From Casimicrobiaceae bacterium (lineage in GTDB: Bacteria; Pseudomonadota; Gammaproteobacteria; Burkholderiales; Casimicrobiaceae), in assembly GCA_035501215.1 (NCBI GenBank), contig DATJWL010000129.1:698-64697 (forward strand): 64,000 nt of DNA, written 5' to 3'. The position numbers were made by a program, and so were the translations under genes. Below the pieces are notes generated by a model. That model did not search any database and was not told the DNA's origin. It saw only the letters and a list, made by a program, of their open reading frames with translations. Of the stretch, positions 28,100-37,506 are shown piece by piece. Numbering within the stretch: the first letter of the stretch is position 1; every line of letters begins with the position of its first letter.

Positions 28100-28975
28100 T
28101 CAGTGCAGCGCGATCGCGAGCCCCAGCGGGACGAAAACGAGCGAGGCCAGGTGCCCGACAAGGACGATCGAGGCGACCTTCGCAGGCTCCTGATCGTATT
28201 GCTCGGCGACCATGAAGTTGATGACTGCCGGTGGCAGACTGCCGAAGACAATCAGCAAGCCCTGTTGCGTGCGGTCGAGCGCGAGCAGCGGTCCGAGCAG
28301 CGCCGCCATCGCGATTCCGGTCAGCGGGCAGACCAGTGCGCCGATCACGCCGAGGTTCCAGCCGCCCCAGGATACCGTGGCCATGCGCACGCCGAGCGAG
28401 ATCAGCATGAGCGGGATCATCGCGTCGCCGGTGATCTTGATCGCCAGCGCGAGAGCGTCGGGAAGCGACGGATGGAGCAAAGCGAAGGCGAAGCCGACGA
28501 AGGTCGCGACGACCATCGGATTGCGGAAAATCGGCCCTATACGCGCGCTGCGCTTGACGATATGCACGCCCAGCGTGAAATGCAGCAGGTTCGAGATGGT
28601 GAACATCGCCACCATCGCGGAGAGTCCGATCGAGCCGTAGCCAAGCGCGGCGAGCGGCAGGCCCAGGTTGCCGCAGTTGTTGAACATCATCGGCGGAACG
28701 AAGGTGCGCGGATCCTCGCGCAGCAGCTTCGCGAACGGCCACGCCAGCAAGCCTGATCCGAGCACGACGCCCACGCTGCCGAGAATCAGGAGGTCGTTCG
28801 CGGCGAGGTCGAACTCCTTGCTGGAGAGCGCGGTGAAGATGAGCGCCGGCGCCAGGATGTTCAGGTTGATCCGGTTGACCCACGCCATGTCGGGCTTGGC
28901 GCGCCGGGCGTAGGCGTAGCCGAGCGCGATGATCAGGAACACCGGCAGGATGATGCCGAGGATGCGCTCGAACAT
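28100..28975 (-). CDS. AEC (auxin efflux carrier) family transporter
   Basis: 291 aa, highly hydrophobic; MFERILGIILPVFLIIALGY.... Confidence 0.8.
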   Translation of the reverse strand: MFERILGIILPVFLIIALGYAYARRAKPDMAWVNRINLNILAPALIFTALSSKEFDLAANDLLILGSVGVVLGSGLLAWPFAKLLREDPRTFVPPMMFNNCGNLGLPLAALGYGSIGLSAMVAMFTISNLLHFTLGVHIVKRSARIGPIFRNPMVVATFVGFAFALLHPSLPDALALAIKITGDAMIPLMLISLGVRMATVSWGGWNLGVIGALVCPLTGIAMAALLGPLLALDRTQQGLLIVFGSLPPAVINFMVAEQYDQEPAKVASIVLVGHLASLVFVPLGLAIALH

Positions 28976-29008
28976 TGTTATGCGCGCGGAAACCCATCCC
29001 CACCCTGG

Positions 29009-29026
29009 CCTCCCCCGAAGGGGAGG
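29009..29026 (-). terminator. stable hairpin just 3' of hslU (UUCG tetraloop on the minus-strand RNA)
   Basis: cctcccc-ttcg-ggggagg on the minus strand, 4 nt after the hslU stop. No U-tract, so it may be an mRNA-end stabiliser rather than an intrinsic terminator. Confidence 0.35.
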
Positions 29027-29029
29027 GAA

Positions 29030-30361
29030 TCAGAGGATGAATTGCGAGAGGTTGTCGTCCTTGGCGATGCCGGCGAGGCGCGACTCGACGTACGGCGCGT
29101 CGATGGTGATCGTCTGCCCCTCGAGCTTCGTCGCTTCGAAGGACACCTCGTCGAGAAGTCGCTCCATCACCGTGTACAGGCGCCGCGCGCCGATGTTCTC
29201 CTGTCTTTCGTTGACTGCGAAGGCGATCTCGGCGAGCCGCCGGATGCCGTCGGGCTGGAACGCGAGCTCCACGCGCTCGGTGGCGAGCAGCGCCTGATAC
29301 TGGCGCGTGAGACAGGCATCCGTCGCGGTCAGGATCTGCTCGAAATCGGTGACCGACAATGAGGACAGCTCGACCCGGATCGGGAAGCGTCCCTGCAGCT
29401 CGGGGATGAGATCGGACGGCTTGGCGAGATGGAACGCGCCGCTCGCGATGAACAGGATGTGGTCGGTCTTGATCATGCCGTACTTCGTGGCGACCGTCGT
29501 CCCCTCGACCAGCGGCAGGAGATCGCGCTGCACGCCCTGCCGCGACACGTCGGCGCCGATCGTCTCCTGGCGGCTCGCGATCTTGTCGATCTCGTCGAGG
29601 AAGACGATCCCGTTCTGCTCGACGTTGGCGAGCGCCTTGGCTTTCAGATCGTCGTCGTTGACGAGCTTCGCTGCTTCCTCATCGATCAACGCCTTCATCG
29701 CGTCGCCGACCTTCATCTTCTTCACCTTGCGCCGCCCGCCGGACATCTGCTGGAACATGCCCTGGATCTGGCTGGTGAGGTCTTCCATTCCCGGCGGCGC
29801 GAGAATCTCCATCTGCGCGGGCAACACCGAGATCTCGACATCGATCTCCTTCTCGTCGAGCCTGCCCTCGCGCAGCATCTTGCGGAATTTCTGGCGCGCC
29901 GCGGAATCGGTCGGCTTCATGTCCTCGAAGTTGACCTCGCGCACCGGCGGCAGCAGCGCGTCGAGCACGCGCTCCTCCGCGCCCTCGGCAGCGCGGTCGC
30001 GCACCTTGCGCGTCTCGTGCTCGCGCGTCTGCTTGATCGCAGTCTCGGCGAGATCGCGGATGATCGTGTCGACGTCGCGGCCGACGTATCCCACCTCGGT
30101 GAACTTGGTGGCTTCGACCTTGATGAACGGCGCGTCGACGAGCCGCGCCAGCCGCCGCGCGATCTCGGTCTTGCCCACGCCGGTCGGCCCGATCATCAGG
30201 ATGTTCTTGGGCGTGATCTCCTGGCGCAGCGGCTCCGCTACCTGCTGGCGGCGCCAGCGGTTGCGCAGCGCAATCGCAACCGCCCGCTTGGCGGCGTGCT
30301 GTCCGACGATGTGCCGGTTGAGCTCGTGCACGATCTCGGACGGGGTCATGATGAACGACAT
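29030..30361 (-). CDS. hslU: ATP-dependent protease ATPase subunit HslU
   Basis: [38 protein letters not shown]; Walker [16 protein letters not shown]; [11 protein letters not shown]. Confidence 0.95.
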   Translation of the reverse strand: MSFIMTPSEIVHELNRHIVGQHAAKRAVAIALRNRWRRQQVAEPLRQEITPKNILMIGPTGVGKTEIARRLARLVDAPFIKVEATKFTEVGYVGRDVDTIIRDLAETAIKQTREHETRKVRDRAAEGAEERVLDALLPPVREVNFEDMKPTDSAARQKFRKMLREGRLDEKEIDVEISVLPAQMEILAPPGMEDLTSQIQGMFQQMSGGRRKVKKMKVGDAMKALIDEEAAKLVNDDDLKAKALANVEQNGIVFLDEIDKIASRQETIGADVSRQGVQRDLLPLVEGTTVATKYGMIKTDHILFIASGAFHLAKPSDLIPELQGRFPIRVELSSLSVTDFEQILTATDACLTRQYQALLATERVELAFQPDGIRRLAEIAFAVNERQENIGARRLYTVMERLLDEVSFEATKLEGQTITIDAPYVESRLAGIAKDDNLSQFIL

Positions 30362-30495
30362 GGCGGGAAATTGCAGGACGCGTGTCCCAAAAGAAGATGG
30401 CCGCCCCGAATTTCGGGCGGCCATCGTATTTTACCGCGTTCGCTAATGAACCGATCGCGTCGGCGTCGCAGTCACGCTCTTGCGTCACGCGCCGG

Positions 30496-32016
30496 TCACG
30501 GTCCTACGAACAGGCTAGCGCAGTGCCCGGGCGTCGAGCTCGCCGCGCCGATCGCGCCACCGCGTGCGATGCACTGGCTCGCGGGCAGCGTCGCGCGATG
30601 TTCGACGTTGGCGACTAGAAGATCGAAGGATTTCTGGGCGTGCGGCAGGATGTACTCGAGCGAATTCGGGAACGTATTCTTGTAGCTCTCGATGTGATTG
30701 CCGTTCTGTACCTCGTATAGCCGATACGCGGGCTGCGGCCGGTGCGGGTAGCCCGGCTGGGAGGCGAGGCTGTCCGCGACGGCGCGTGCATACGCCCGCG
30801 CGTGATGATCGATCGGCAGCAGAGAGTCCATCGTGCCGGCCACCGTGATCAACGGGCTCTGGATCAGCCCAGTGGTGGCGAATGCGTCGAGCTGCGCTCC
30901 GACATCGGAGACCGAAAGCCGGGCGATGTAGTTGTAGGTCCACAGGCCCGTGCCATCAGTGCCGTAGGTGTTGTACGTGGGATCGAGCCGCTTCTGCCAC
31001 TGGCACATCGTGAGCTCCCAGTAGTTCTCGTAGTGCAATCTCCAGAGCGTCGTCGTGGCTCCGACGATGTCCGGCGGATAGCCGGCGAGCTGGATGTTCT
31101 TTGCCGCCGTGCTGCTCGCGCTGAAGCCGGACGCGGCGTAGTCTGGATAGTTGAGAACGGCCGGAGGCAGGTCGGTGAGAATGTTTGGAGCCTCGGAGTC
31201 CACATACGTGCCTTCCCAGTCGACTCCGCCGTCGAAGAGCTGCGGCGCGAGCTCGACCGCGCGCCGCACCTGGTAACCGCCGTTCGAAGTCCCGACCGCG
31301 TAAGTGAAGTTCGGCCCGTCGCCGTACAGCGCTTCCGCGCCGATGCGGGCGAGCTTCGCGGCATCGATCATGTACTGCGCCCATTGCGTGAACGGCTTGC
31401 CCGGATCGTCATCGTAGAAGTGAAGCCAAAAAGTGGAGAGTAACGTGGGGCTGTAGCGGCACCCGAGCGGGTCGGTGACGGGATCTGCCGGGGTCAACGG
31501 GTGCGTTTGATAAAACCCGTACATCCCCTTGTTCTGCGACGCGTACGCGTAGCCCTTCTGCACGACGTAATCGCTCCAGGCGTAATCGCTCGAGAACTCG
31601 CTTCGCTGCGACGGCGTTCCGGCGACCACGAGCTTGCCGTTCCAGTGGTTGGGCAGCCGCAGCAGAAAGCGCGCCTCGTGCGCGGGATCGGAGGCGAACC
31701 AGCCCGAGATCTGCACTCCAGGTACGGCGGTCGTAATCGCCGTCACATCGTTCGGGGGATTGACCAGCACAGCCCGATCCGTGCGCGGGCGGTATGCACC
31801 GACGGGCAGCCCCGCGATCGAGTTGTCCAGCGGCGTCGTGGGATTGACGTCGGTCGAGTCGCCGTTCGTGGTTAGGTCGCCCTTCTCGTAGCAGGTCGCG
31901 TCGACCAGCCGGTGGCCGAACGCTGCAAGCAGCGCGTCGCAGCGCGTGCCGGCAGCGGCCGACAGCGGCAGGAGAAACGTCAACGCGGCAATACAGACGG
32001 TTCTACGGAACATCAT
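30496..32016 (-). CDS. secreted alpha/beta hydrolase (3-hydroxybutyrate-oligomer-hydrolase/tannase-like)
   Basis: aaggag RBS; signal MMFRRTVCIAALTFLLPLSAAAG; nucleophile elbow GTSNGG. The family assignment is tentative. Confidence 0.6.
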   Translation of the reverse strand: MMFRRTVCIAALTFLLPLSAAAGTRCDALLAAFGHRLVDATCYEKGDLTTNGDSTDVNPTTPLDNSIAGLPVGAYRPRTDRAVLVNPPNDVTAITTAVPGVQISGWFASDPAHEARFLLRLPNHWNGKLVVAGTPSQRSEFSSDYAWSDYVVQKGYAYASQNKGMYGFYQTHPLTPADPVTDPLGCRYSPTLLSTFWLHFYDDDPGKPFTQWAQYMIDAAKLARIGAEALYGDGPNFTYAVGTSNGGYQVRRAVELAPQLFDGGVDWEGTYVDSEAPNILTDLPPAVLNYPDYAASGFSASSTAAKNIQLAGYPPDIVGATTTLWRLHYENYWELTMCQWQKRLDPTYNTYGTDGTGLWTYNYIARLSVSDVGAQLDAFATTGLIQSPLITVAGTMDSLLPIDHHARAYARAVADSLASQPGYPHRPQPAYRLYEVQNGNHIESYKNTFPNSLEYILPHAQKSFDLLVANVEHRATLPASQCIARGGAIGAASSTPGHCASLFVGP

Positions 32017-32150
32017 GCTCTCCTTTTCGAGACGATGGTGGCCTCGGTTTTTCTTGGCCAGGGGTTGTTGCACTCTGCGGTGAGTGCGGCGGTTCCTGCA
32101 CGCGCAGTGGCCGCCGCGGTAGCCGTCAGTCTTGGATGCGATGGAGTCCG

Positions 32151-33332
32151 CTACCGTGTAAGAAACGCGCGGATCGCGTCGCCCTGCCTGGCAACGTTCA
32201 GGACGCCGTCGAGATGTCCGCCGTCGCCGTCGATCACGGCGACTTCCGCCACGCCGCCCTGCGCGCGGTAGCGCTCCGCCGCGCGCTGCGAGAGCTCGGG
32301 CGGAAAGAGCAGGTCGGACTTCGCCGGGACGAACAGAATCTTGGCCTTGATCTTCTTCACCTCGTCGCCGAGGTTGTAGAGCTGATTCGCCTTGGCGGTA
32401 TAGATCATGGAGTCGGCGTCGGTCGTCGCTGCGCGCGCGACGCCGGCCTTGTTGAGCGCGTCCTCGATCGTGAAGAGATTCGTCATGTCCGCGCCCGGGT
32501 CCCTGGCCGGGTCGGCCCACTTGTAGCCGAAGGTCTTCTCAGCCCATCCGTTGGCGCGTGCCGTGATCGTCACGATCATCAAGGCCTGTGCGACGCCCGC
32601 GGCGGGCTCTTCGCGACCGTAATAATCGCCGTTGTTCCATCTCGGATCCACCTTGATCGGCAACGTCCATACGTCGAGCATCTGCAGGACGTAAGGCGAG
32701 ATGTCAAACCCCGGCCCGACCACGTGCACGACGCGCGCGACGAAGTCCGGGTAGAGCGCTGCCCATTCCATCGCTTGCATCGAGCCGCCCGACGGGCCAG
32801 CCACTGCCTGAAGCTTCTTCACGCCGAGCGAGTCGACCAGCGCCTTGTGCACGCGCACGCTGTCCCGGTAGGAGACCACGGGAAATGACATCGCATAGGG
32901 TTTGCCCGTGTCCGGGTTGAGCGTCGCCGGGCCGGTCGTCGTGACGTTCGGGTCCTTGGTGTTGAGATTCGCGAGCGCATCTGCGCTCACGACGAAATAC
33001 TTGTCGGTATCGATCGGCTTGCCCGAACCGATGATCGGGTCCCAGTAACCTGGTGCGGCGTCCGTGGGCTTGTACTTGCCCGCCGCGTGCGAGGTTCCAG
33101 TGAAGAAATGCGGGACGAAGATCGCGTTGTCGCCGGCCGCGTTGAGTGTGCCGTAGGTTTCGTAACCCACGCGAACGTTCTTGATCGTCTTGCCGCCCAC
33201 CGTCGTGTAGGACGGCAGGGTGAAAACCTTTTTCTCGACCACGCCCTCGTAGGCCCACGACAAAGTCGATATAAACAGCAGCGTCGCCGCAATCGCCATC
33301 CGGCGCCATGCCGGCGGTTGACTCACTTGCAT
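32151..33332 (-). CDS. secreted MetX-like (homoserine O-acetyltransferase fold) putative esterase
   Basis: Signal peptide (AIAATLLFISTLSWA); VGYETYGTLNAAGDNAIFVPHFFTGTSHAAG; elbow GPSGGSMQA. Confidence 0.7.
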   Translation of the reverse strand: MQVSQPPAWRRMAIAATLLFISTLSWAYEGVVEKKVFTLPSYTTVGGKTIKNVRVGYETYGTLNAAGDNAIFVPHFFTGTSHAAGKYKPTDAAPGYWDPIIGSGKPIDTDKYFVVSADALANLNTKDPNVTTTGPATLNPDTGKPYAMSFPVVSYRDSVRVHKALVDSLGVKKLQAVAGPSGGSMQAMEWAALYPDFVARVVHVVGPGFDISPYVLQMLDVWTLPIKVDPRWNNGDYYGREEPAAGVAQALMIVTITARANGWAEKTFGYKWADPARDPGADMTNLFTIEDALNKAGVARAATTDADSMIYTAKANQLYNLGDEVKKIKAKILFVPAKSDLLFPPELSQRAAERYRAQGGVAEVAVIDGDGGHLDGVLNVARQGDAIRAFLTR

Positions 33333-33515
33333 TGCATTCTCCCCTGGTCGTCTTCCACGGGCGGGCGCCATTCGATTCGCACCACAGCCGAGCGGGATTC
33401 TATCCTCGATCGCATGCGGCGTGTGCGGCGCGTTGGCAAGGTTTCGCCCTTCGCTTATCATGATCACTCGATAGAATGGGCGGAACAAGGCTGGCGCTGC
33501 CGACTAGGAGGGAAG

Positions 33516-33854
33516 ATGACGCGATCGACGACAGCCCCGCTGCTCGGCGCGATGATAACGGCGTTTCTTGCCGCCGCGTCGCAGGCGCAGACTGCGACCG
33601 CAACGCTTGCTCCCATGGCGGCCAACACCGCGGCGGGCACCGTGACCTTCACACAGAAAGGCGACACGATGACCATCAGCGCCAAGGTCACCGGCCTCTT
33701 GCCCGGTGGTCACGGTTTTCACATTCACGAGAAGGGCGATTGCAGCGCCCCCGACGCGATGAGCGCCGGCGGCCATTTCAACCCGACGAACAAGCCGCGA
33801 CCGACTGGCAATTCCGGCGCGCGCGTGGCCTGCGGCGTCATCAACAAGTCATAA
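33516..33854 (+). pseudogene. sodC: internally deleted Cu/Zn superoxide dismutase (sodC) remnant, reading frame intact
   Basis: aggaggg RBS and a signal peptide. GGHGFHIHEKGDC and SAGGHFNP are joined almost directly to GNSGARVACGVI. About 60-70 residues carrying the Zn ligands and the last Cu ligand are absent. Confidence 0.65.
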
Positions 33855-33857
33855 CCG

Positions 33858-34403
33858 ATGCGCGTACTCGCGGCGGCGATTGCGCTGAGCCTGCTCGGCG
33901 CCTGCGGTGGAGATCCGTCGAAAGGGGGCGCAGCCAGCGCGAGGGAAGCGATGGGCGTAGCGAGGGTCACGCCCAAGAACGGAAGCACAGTGCGCGGCAT
34001 CGTTTCGTTCACGCAGAAGGGCGATAGGGTCGCCGTGGCCGGGCAGTTCTTCGAGCTTCTACCCGGGCCGCACAGTATCTACATCCACGAAATCGGCAAC
34101 TGCAGCTCGCCCAACGCGGCAAGCGCGGGCCCGGTGTGGAACGTTGCCGGCGGAGCGGGCGGCAAGCGCAGCGGGGACCTGCCGCAGATCTACGCCGGGA
34201 CCGAGGGGCGCGCGGACTTCTCGATCAGCGTGCGCGACCTCTCCGTGGGCACAGGAGCGCCGAACGACGTCATCGGCCATTCGGTCGTCGTGCAGGCGAA
34301 TGTGGATCCGGATCCGAAGGCCGAGTTCGGCGTGCGCAACGGCTGGCTTGCCTGCGGCGTGATCCAGCGCAGCGACGCAAAAACCCTGAGAGAATTGCTC
34401 TGA
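33858..34403 (+). CDS. SodC-like lipoprotein lacking most metal ligands (probable pseudo-enzyme)
   Basis: Lipobox [18 protein letters not shown] replaces [15 protein letters not shown] replaces SAGGHFNP, VVVQAN replaces the vIHa motif, and WLACGVI follows. GDLP and the disulfide Cys are kept. Confidence 0.7.
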   Translation: MRVLAAAIALSLLGACGGDPSKGGAASAREAMGVARVTPKNGSTVRGIVSFTQKGDRVAVAGQFFELLPGPHSIYIHEIGNCSSPNAASAGPVWNVAGGAGGKRSGDLPQIYAGTEGRADFSISVRDLSVGTGAPNDVIGHSVVVQANVDPDPKAEFGVRNGWLACGVIQRSDAKTLRELL

Positions 34404-34435
34404 CGGTTCCCACAACGCGCCCGTCTGAGGCGGCA

Positions 34436-35224
34436 ATGGGCCTTCTCGCCGACAAGAAGATACTGATCACCGGGCTGCTTTCGAGCCGCTCGATCGCCTA
34501 CGGCATCGCGCTCGCGTGCCGGCGCGAGGGCGCTACGCTTGCCTTCACTTACGTCAACGACGACCTGAAGGAGCGCGTGGCCAGGCTCGCAGCGGATCTC
34601 GGCAGCGCGCCTATCCTTCCGTGCGACGTGACCAGCGACGAGCAGATCGACGCACTGTTCGGGGTGCTGAAGCGCGAGTGGGGCGCTCTCGACGGGCTCG
34701 TGCACTCGATCGCCTTCGCGCCGCGCGAAGCGCTCGCCGGCGATTTTCTGAACGGGCTTACGCGCTCGGCGTTCGCGACCGCACACGACGTAAGCTCGTA
34801 CAGCTTCGCAGCGCTCGCCAAGGGCGCGCGCTCGTTGATGACGGGCCGTCACGCGTCGCTCGTGACGCTCACCTACCTCGGCGCAGAGCGCGCGATACAG
34901 AACTACAACGTGATGGGGCTCGCCAAGGCGAGCCTCGAAGCGAACGTGCGCTATCTTGCGCAGTGCCTCGGCCCCGAAGGCATCCGCGTCAACGCCATTT
35001 CCGCCGGGCCGATCAAGACGCTCGCCGCCGCGGGCATCGGCGGGTTCTCGAGGATTCTGCATTTCGTCGAGAAGACGGCGCCGCTCCGGCGCAACGTCAC
35101 CATCGAGGAAGTCGGCAACGTCGCTGCGTTTCTGCTCTCCGATCTCGCGAGCGCGGTGACCGGCGGCGTCACCTACGTCGACAACGGCTTCTCGATCGTC
35201 GCCGCAGGCATGGGCGAGGAGTAA
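34436..35224 (+). CDS. fabI: enoyl-[acyl-carrier-protein] reductase (NADH)
   Basis: [25 protein letters not shown]..., [14 protein letters not shown] (Y-x6-K) and [11 protein letters not shown]. Confidence 0.92.
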   Translation: MGLLADKKILITGLLSSRSIAYGIALACRREGATLAFTYVNDDLKERVARLAADLGSAPILPCDVTSDEQIDALFGVLKREWGALDGLVHSIAFAPREALAGDFLNGLTRSAFATAHDVSSYSFAALAKGARSLMTGRHASLVTLTYLGAERAIQNYNVMGLAKASLEANVRYLAQCLGPEGIRVNAISAGPIKTLAAAGIGGFSRILHFVEKTAPLRRNVTIEEVGNVAAFLLSDLASAVTGGVTYVDNGFSIVAAGMGEE

Positions 35225-35231
35225 CTTCGTT

Positions 35232-35313
35232 GTCATTCCGAGCACAGCGAGGAATCTCCATTCCCGCACTGAAAAAAAGCAGATTCCCCGTCGCTGACCC
35301 TCCTCGGAATGAC
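35232..35313. repeat. REP-like palindromic element (family copy 3)
   Basis: gtcattccgagcacagcgaggaatct ... agattccccgtcgctgaccctcctcggaatgac. The right arm contains the ATG (35309) of the downstream gene. Confidence 0.7.
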
Positions 35314-36922
35314 ATTCTCCTACGACGCCATCATCATCGGCGGCGGCCACAACGGCCTCGTGTGCGCGTGCTATCTCGCCGCCGGAGGGCTCAAAGTCGG
35401 CGTCTTCGAGCGGCGTAGCATCGTCGGCGGCGCGGCGGTCACCGAGGAGTTTCACCCCGGCTTCCGCAATTCCACCGCGAGCTACACGGTGAGCCTGCTG
35501 CACCCCAAGGTCATCCGTGATCTCAAGCTCGTCGCGCACGGACTTCGCATCGTGGAACGGCCGCTCGCGAATTTCCTGCCGCTGTCCGCGCGCGATCATC
35601 TGAAGGTCGGCGGCGGACTCGCCGCCACCCAGGCCGAGGTCGCCCGCCACTCGGCGAAAGATGCCGCCGCCTTGCCCGCGTATTACGCGATGCTCGATCG
35701 CATCGCCGACGTGCTGCGCGCGCTCCTGCTCGAGACCCCGCCCAACGTCGGCGGCGGCGCGGGGGAGTTGCTGCAGGCATGGAAGGCGGGGCGTCGTCTC
35801 AAACGGCTCTCGCTCGCGGAGCGCCGCGACCTGCTCGACCTTTTCACCAAGAGCGCGGGCGACGTGCTCGACGCTCACTTCGAGTCCGAGCCGATCAAGG
35901 CGGCGTTCGGCTTCGACGCCGTGGTCGGCAGTTTCGCGAGTCCGTACACGCCGGGCTCCGCCTACGTTCTGCTGCATCACGTCATCGGCGAAGTCAACGG
36001 CAAGCGAGGTCAGTGGGGACATGCGATCGGCGGGATGGGCGCGATCAGCGGCGCGATGGCGCGGGAAGCGCGGGCACGGGGTGTTGCGGTCTTCACCGAG
36101 TCGCCGGTCGCGCGGGTGACGACGCGCGACGGCGCGGTCTCGGGCATCGCGCTCGCCAACGGCACCGAGATCGCGGCGAAGTGCGTCGTTGCCAACGTCA
36201 ATCCGAAATTGCTGTATCTGCAGATGATCGACGCCTCGGCGCTCGATGCGGATTTCCGGCGTCGCATCGAAGCTTATCGCTGCGCGTCGGGAACTTTCCG
36301 CATGAACGTTGCGCTCGAAGTCCTGCCGTCGTTCGAATGCCTTCCTGGCGACGGACCGCATCTTCGGTCGGGCATCATCATCGCGCCGTCTATGGGCTAC
36401 ATGGAGCGCGCCTATTTCGATGCACGTCAGCTCGGCTGGTCGCGCGATCCGATCATCGAGATGCTCATCGCCTCGCTCGTCGACCCCTCGCTCGCTCCGC
36501 CGGGGAAGCACGTGGCGAGTCTCTTCTGTCAGCACGCGAATCCGCGACTGCCGGATGGTCGTTCGTGGGATGACGCGAAGGAGGAGGTTGCCGATCTCAT
36601 GCTGGAGACGGTCGAGCGCTTCGCGCCGGGATTCCGCGCCGGCGTGGTTGGACGCAGAGCGCTGTCGCCGCTCGATCTCGAGCGCGATTTCGGCCTCGTC
36701 GGCGGCGACATTTTCCACGGAGCGCTCACGCTCGATCAACTCTTCTCCGCGCGCCCCGTGCTTGGCCACGGCAACTATCGCGGCCCCCTCAAGGGACTCT
36801 ACATGTGCGGCGCAGGGACGCATCCCGGCGGCGGCGTGAGCGGCATTCCGGGCCACAACGCCGCGCGCGAAATCCTGCGCGACGCGCGTCGCGTTCTGCG
36901 CAGCCGCGATGCGCAGCGGTAA
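35309..36922 (+). CDS. phytoene-desaturase-family (CrtI-like) NAD(P)/FAD-dependent oxidoreductase
   Basis: 537 aa; MTFSYDAIIIGGGHNGLVCACYLAAGGLKVGVFERR dinucleotide-binding motif; C-terminal GLYMCGAGTHPGGGV. Confidence 0.8.
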   Translation: MTFSYDAIIIGGGHNGLVCACYLAAGGLKVGVFERRSIVGGAAVTEEFHPGFRNSTASYTVSLLHPKVIRDLKLVAHGLRIVERPLANFLPLSARDHLKVGGGLAATQAEVARHSAKDAAALPAYYAMLDRIADVLRALLLETPPNVGGGAGELLQAWKAGRRLKRLSLAERRDLLDLFTKSAGDVLDAHFESEPIKAAFGFDAVVGSFASPYTPGSAYVLLHHVIGEVNGKRGQWGHAIGGMGAISGAMAREARARGVAVFTESPVARVTTRDGAVSGIALANGTEIAAKCVVANVNPKLLYLQMIDASALDADFRRRIEAYRCASGTFRMNVALEVLPSFECLPGDGPHLRSGIIIAPSMGYMERAYFDARQLGWSRDPIIEMLIASLVDPSLAPPGKHVASLFCQHANPRLPDGRSWDDAKEEVADLMLETVERFAPGFRAGVVGRRALSPLDLERDFGLVGGDIFHGALTLDQLFSARPVLGHGNYRGPLKGLYMCGAGTHPGGGVSGIPGHNAAREILRDARRVLRSRDAQR

Positions 36923-37087
36923 GCGAGGCGCGATGTGGCGCAGTCGTCGTTAGCGGGTGATTTGTGCGCGGCTACTCGTGGGTTGAGTGGCCGCCGCAAA
37001 TCGGGACCCGCTCGACGACCGAATTGCGCCACGGCGCCGAGCTACCGCGGTGCATCGCGGCTTCCAGCGCGTCCGCAAGAAAGGCGA

Positions 37088-37113
37088 CGCCCCGCGACTT
37101 TCGCCGCGGGGCG
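37088..37113 (-). terminator. candidate intrinsic terminator of rnpB
   Basis: 9-bp GC stem (cgccccgcg / cgcggggcg) with an 8-nt loop. On the minus strand it is followed by tcgcctttctt. About 20 nt 3' of the RNase P RNA. Confidence 0.5.
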
Positions 37114-37131
37114 CCAGCGTTGCTGCAATAC

Positions 37132-37492
37132 AATCGAAGCCAGCCGATAAGCCGGGTTCTGTTACGGCGCGCTCGGTAAGCGCGCTATGACCGTCATTCA
37201 TCTAGGCGCCGCGTTGCCGCGGCGCTCGAGCCACCTACCCGCGGACTCGGCGAGCAGCGTCATCGTCCGCCTGCTTGGTGTTGCTCCGGATGGAGGTTGC
37301 CGCGTTTCACCCGCATCCTTTGACGGATGCGACTCGTCTCTGTGGCCCTGTTCCTCGCCTTCGCCGCCGCTCGCGCGTACGGCTTATCGCGTCTGGGCGT
37401 TACCCAGCATCCTGCTCTGCGGAGCCCGGACTTTCCTCCGCCGGCATTCGCGCTTGCGCGCGGGCTCCGGCGGCGACGGTCTGGCTGACTTC
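37132..37492 (-). ncRNA. rnpB: RNase P RNA, bacterial type A
   Basis: The minus strand reads GAAGUCAGCCAGACCGUCGCCGCC...GGCGGAGGAAAGUCCGGGCUCC...GGGUAACGCCCAG...CCUAGAUGAAUGAC...ACAGAACCCGGCUUAUCGGCUGGCUUC. It has the universally conserved P4 strands and P1 pairing (GAAGUCAGCC / GGCUGGCUUC). Ends are approximate. Confidence 0.92.
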
Positions 37493-37506
37493 GAGAGACT
37501 ATTTTA

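Noticed and set aside
34190-36856. 888-aa minus-strand ORF across fabI, the REP element and the CrtI-like gene
   Set aside because: Same GC-rich antisense artefact. It runs through an intergenic repeat and has no recognisable domain. The plus-strand genes have clear motifs.
36923-37087. 165-nt unassigned spacer between the CrtI-like gene and the rnpB terminator
   Set aside because: It has only short 5-bp stems, no ORF with an RBS, and no motif I can name. Left unannotated.
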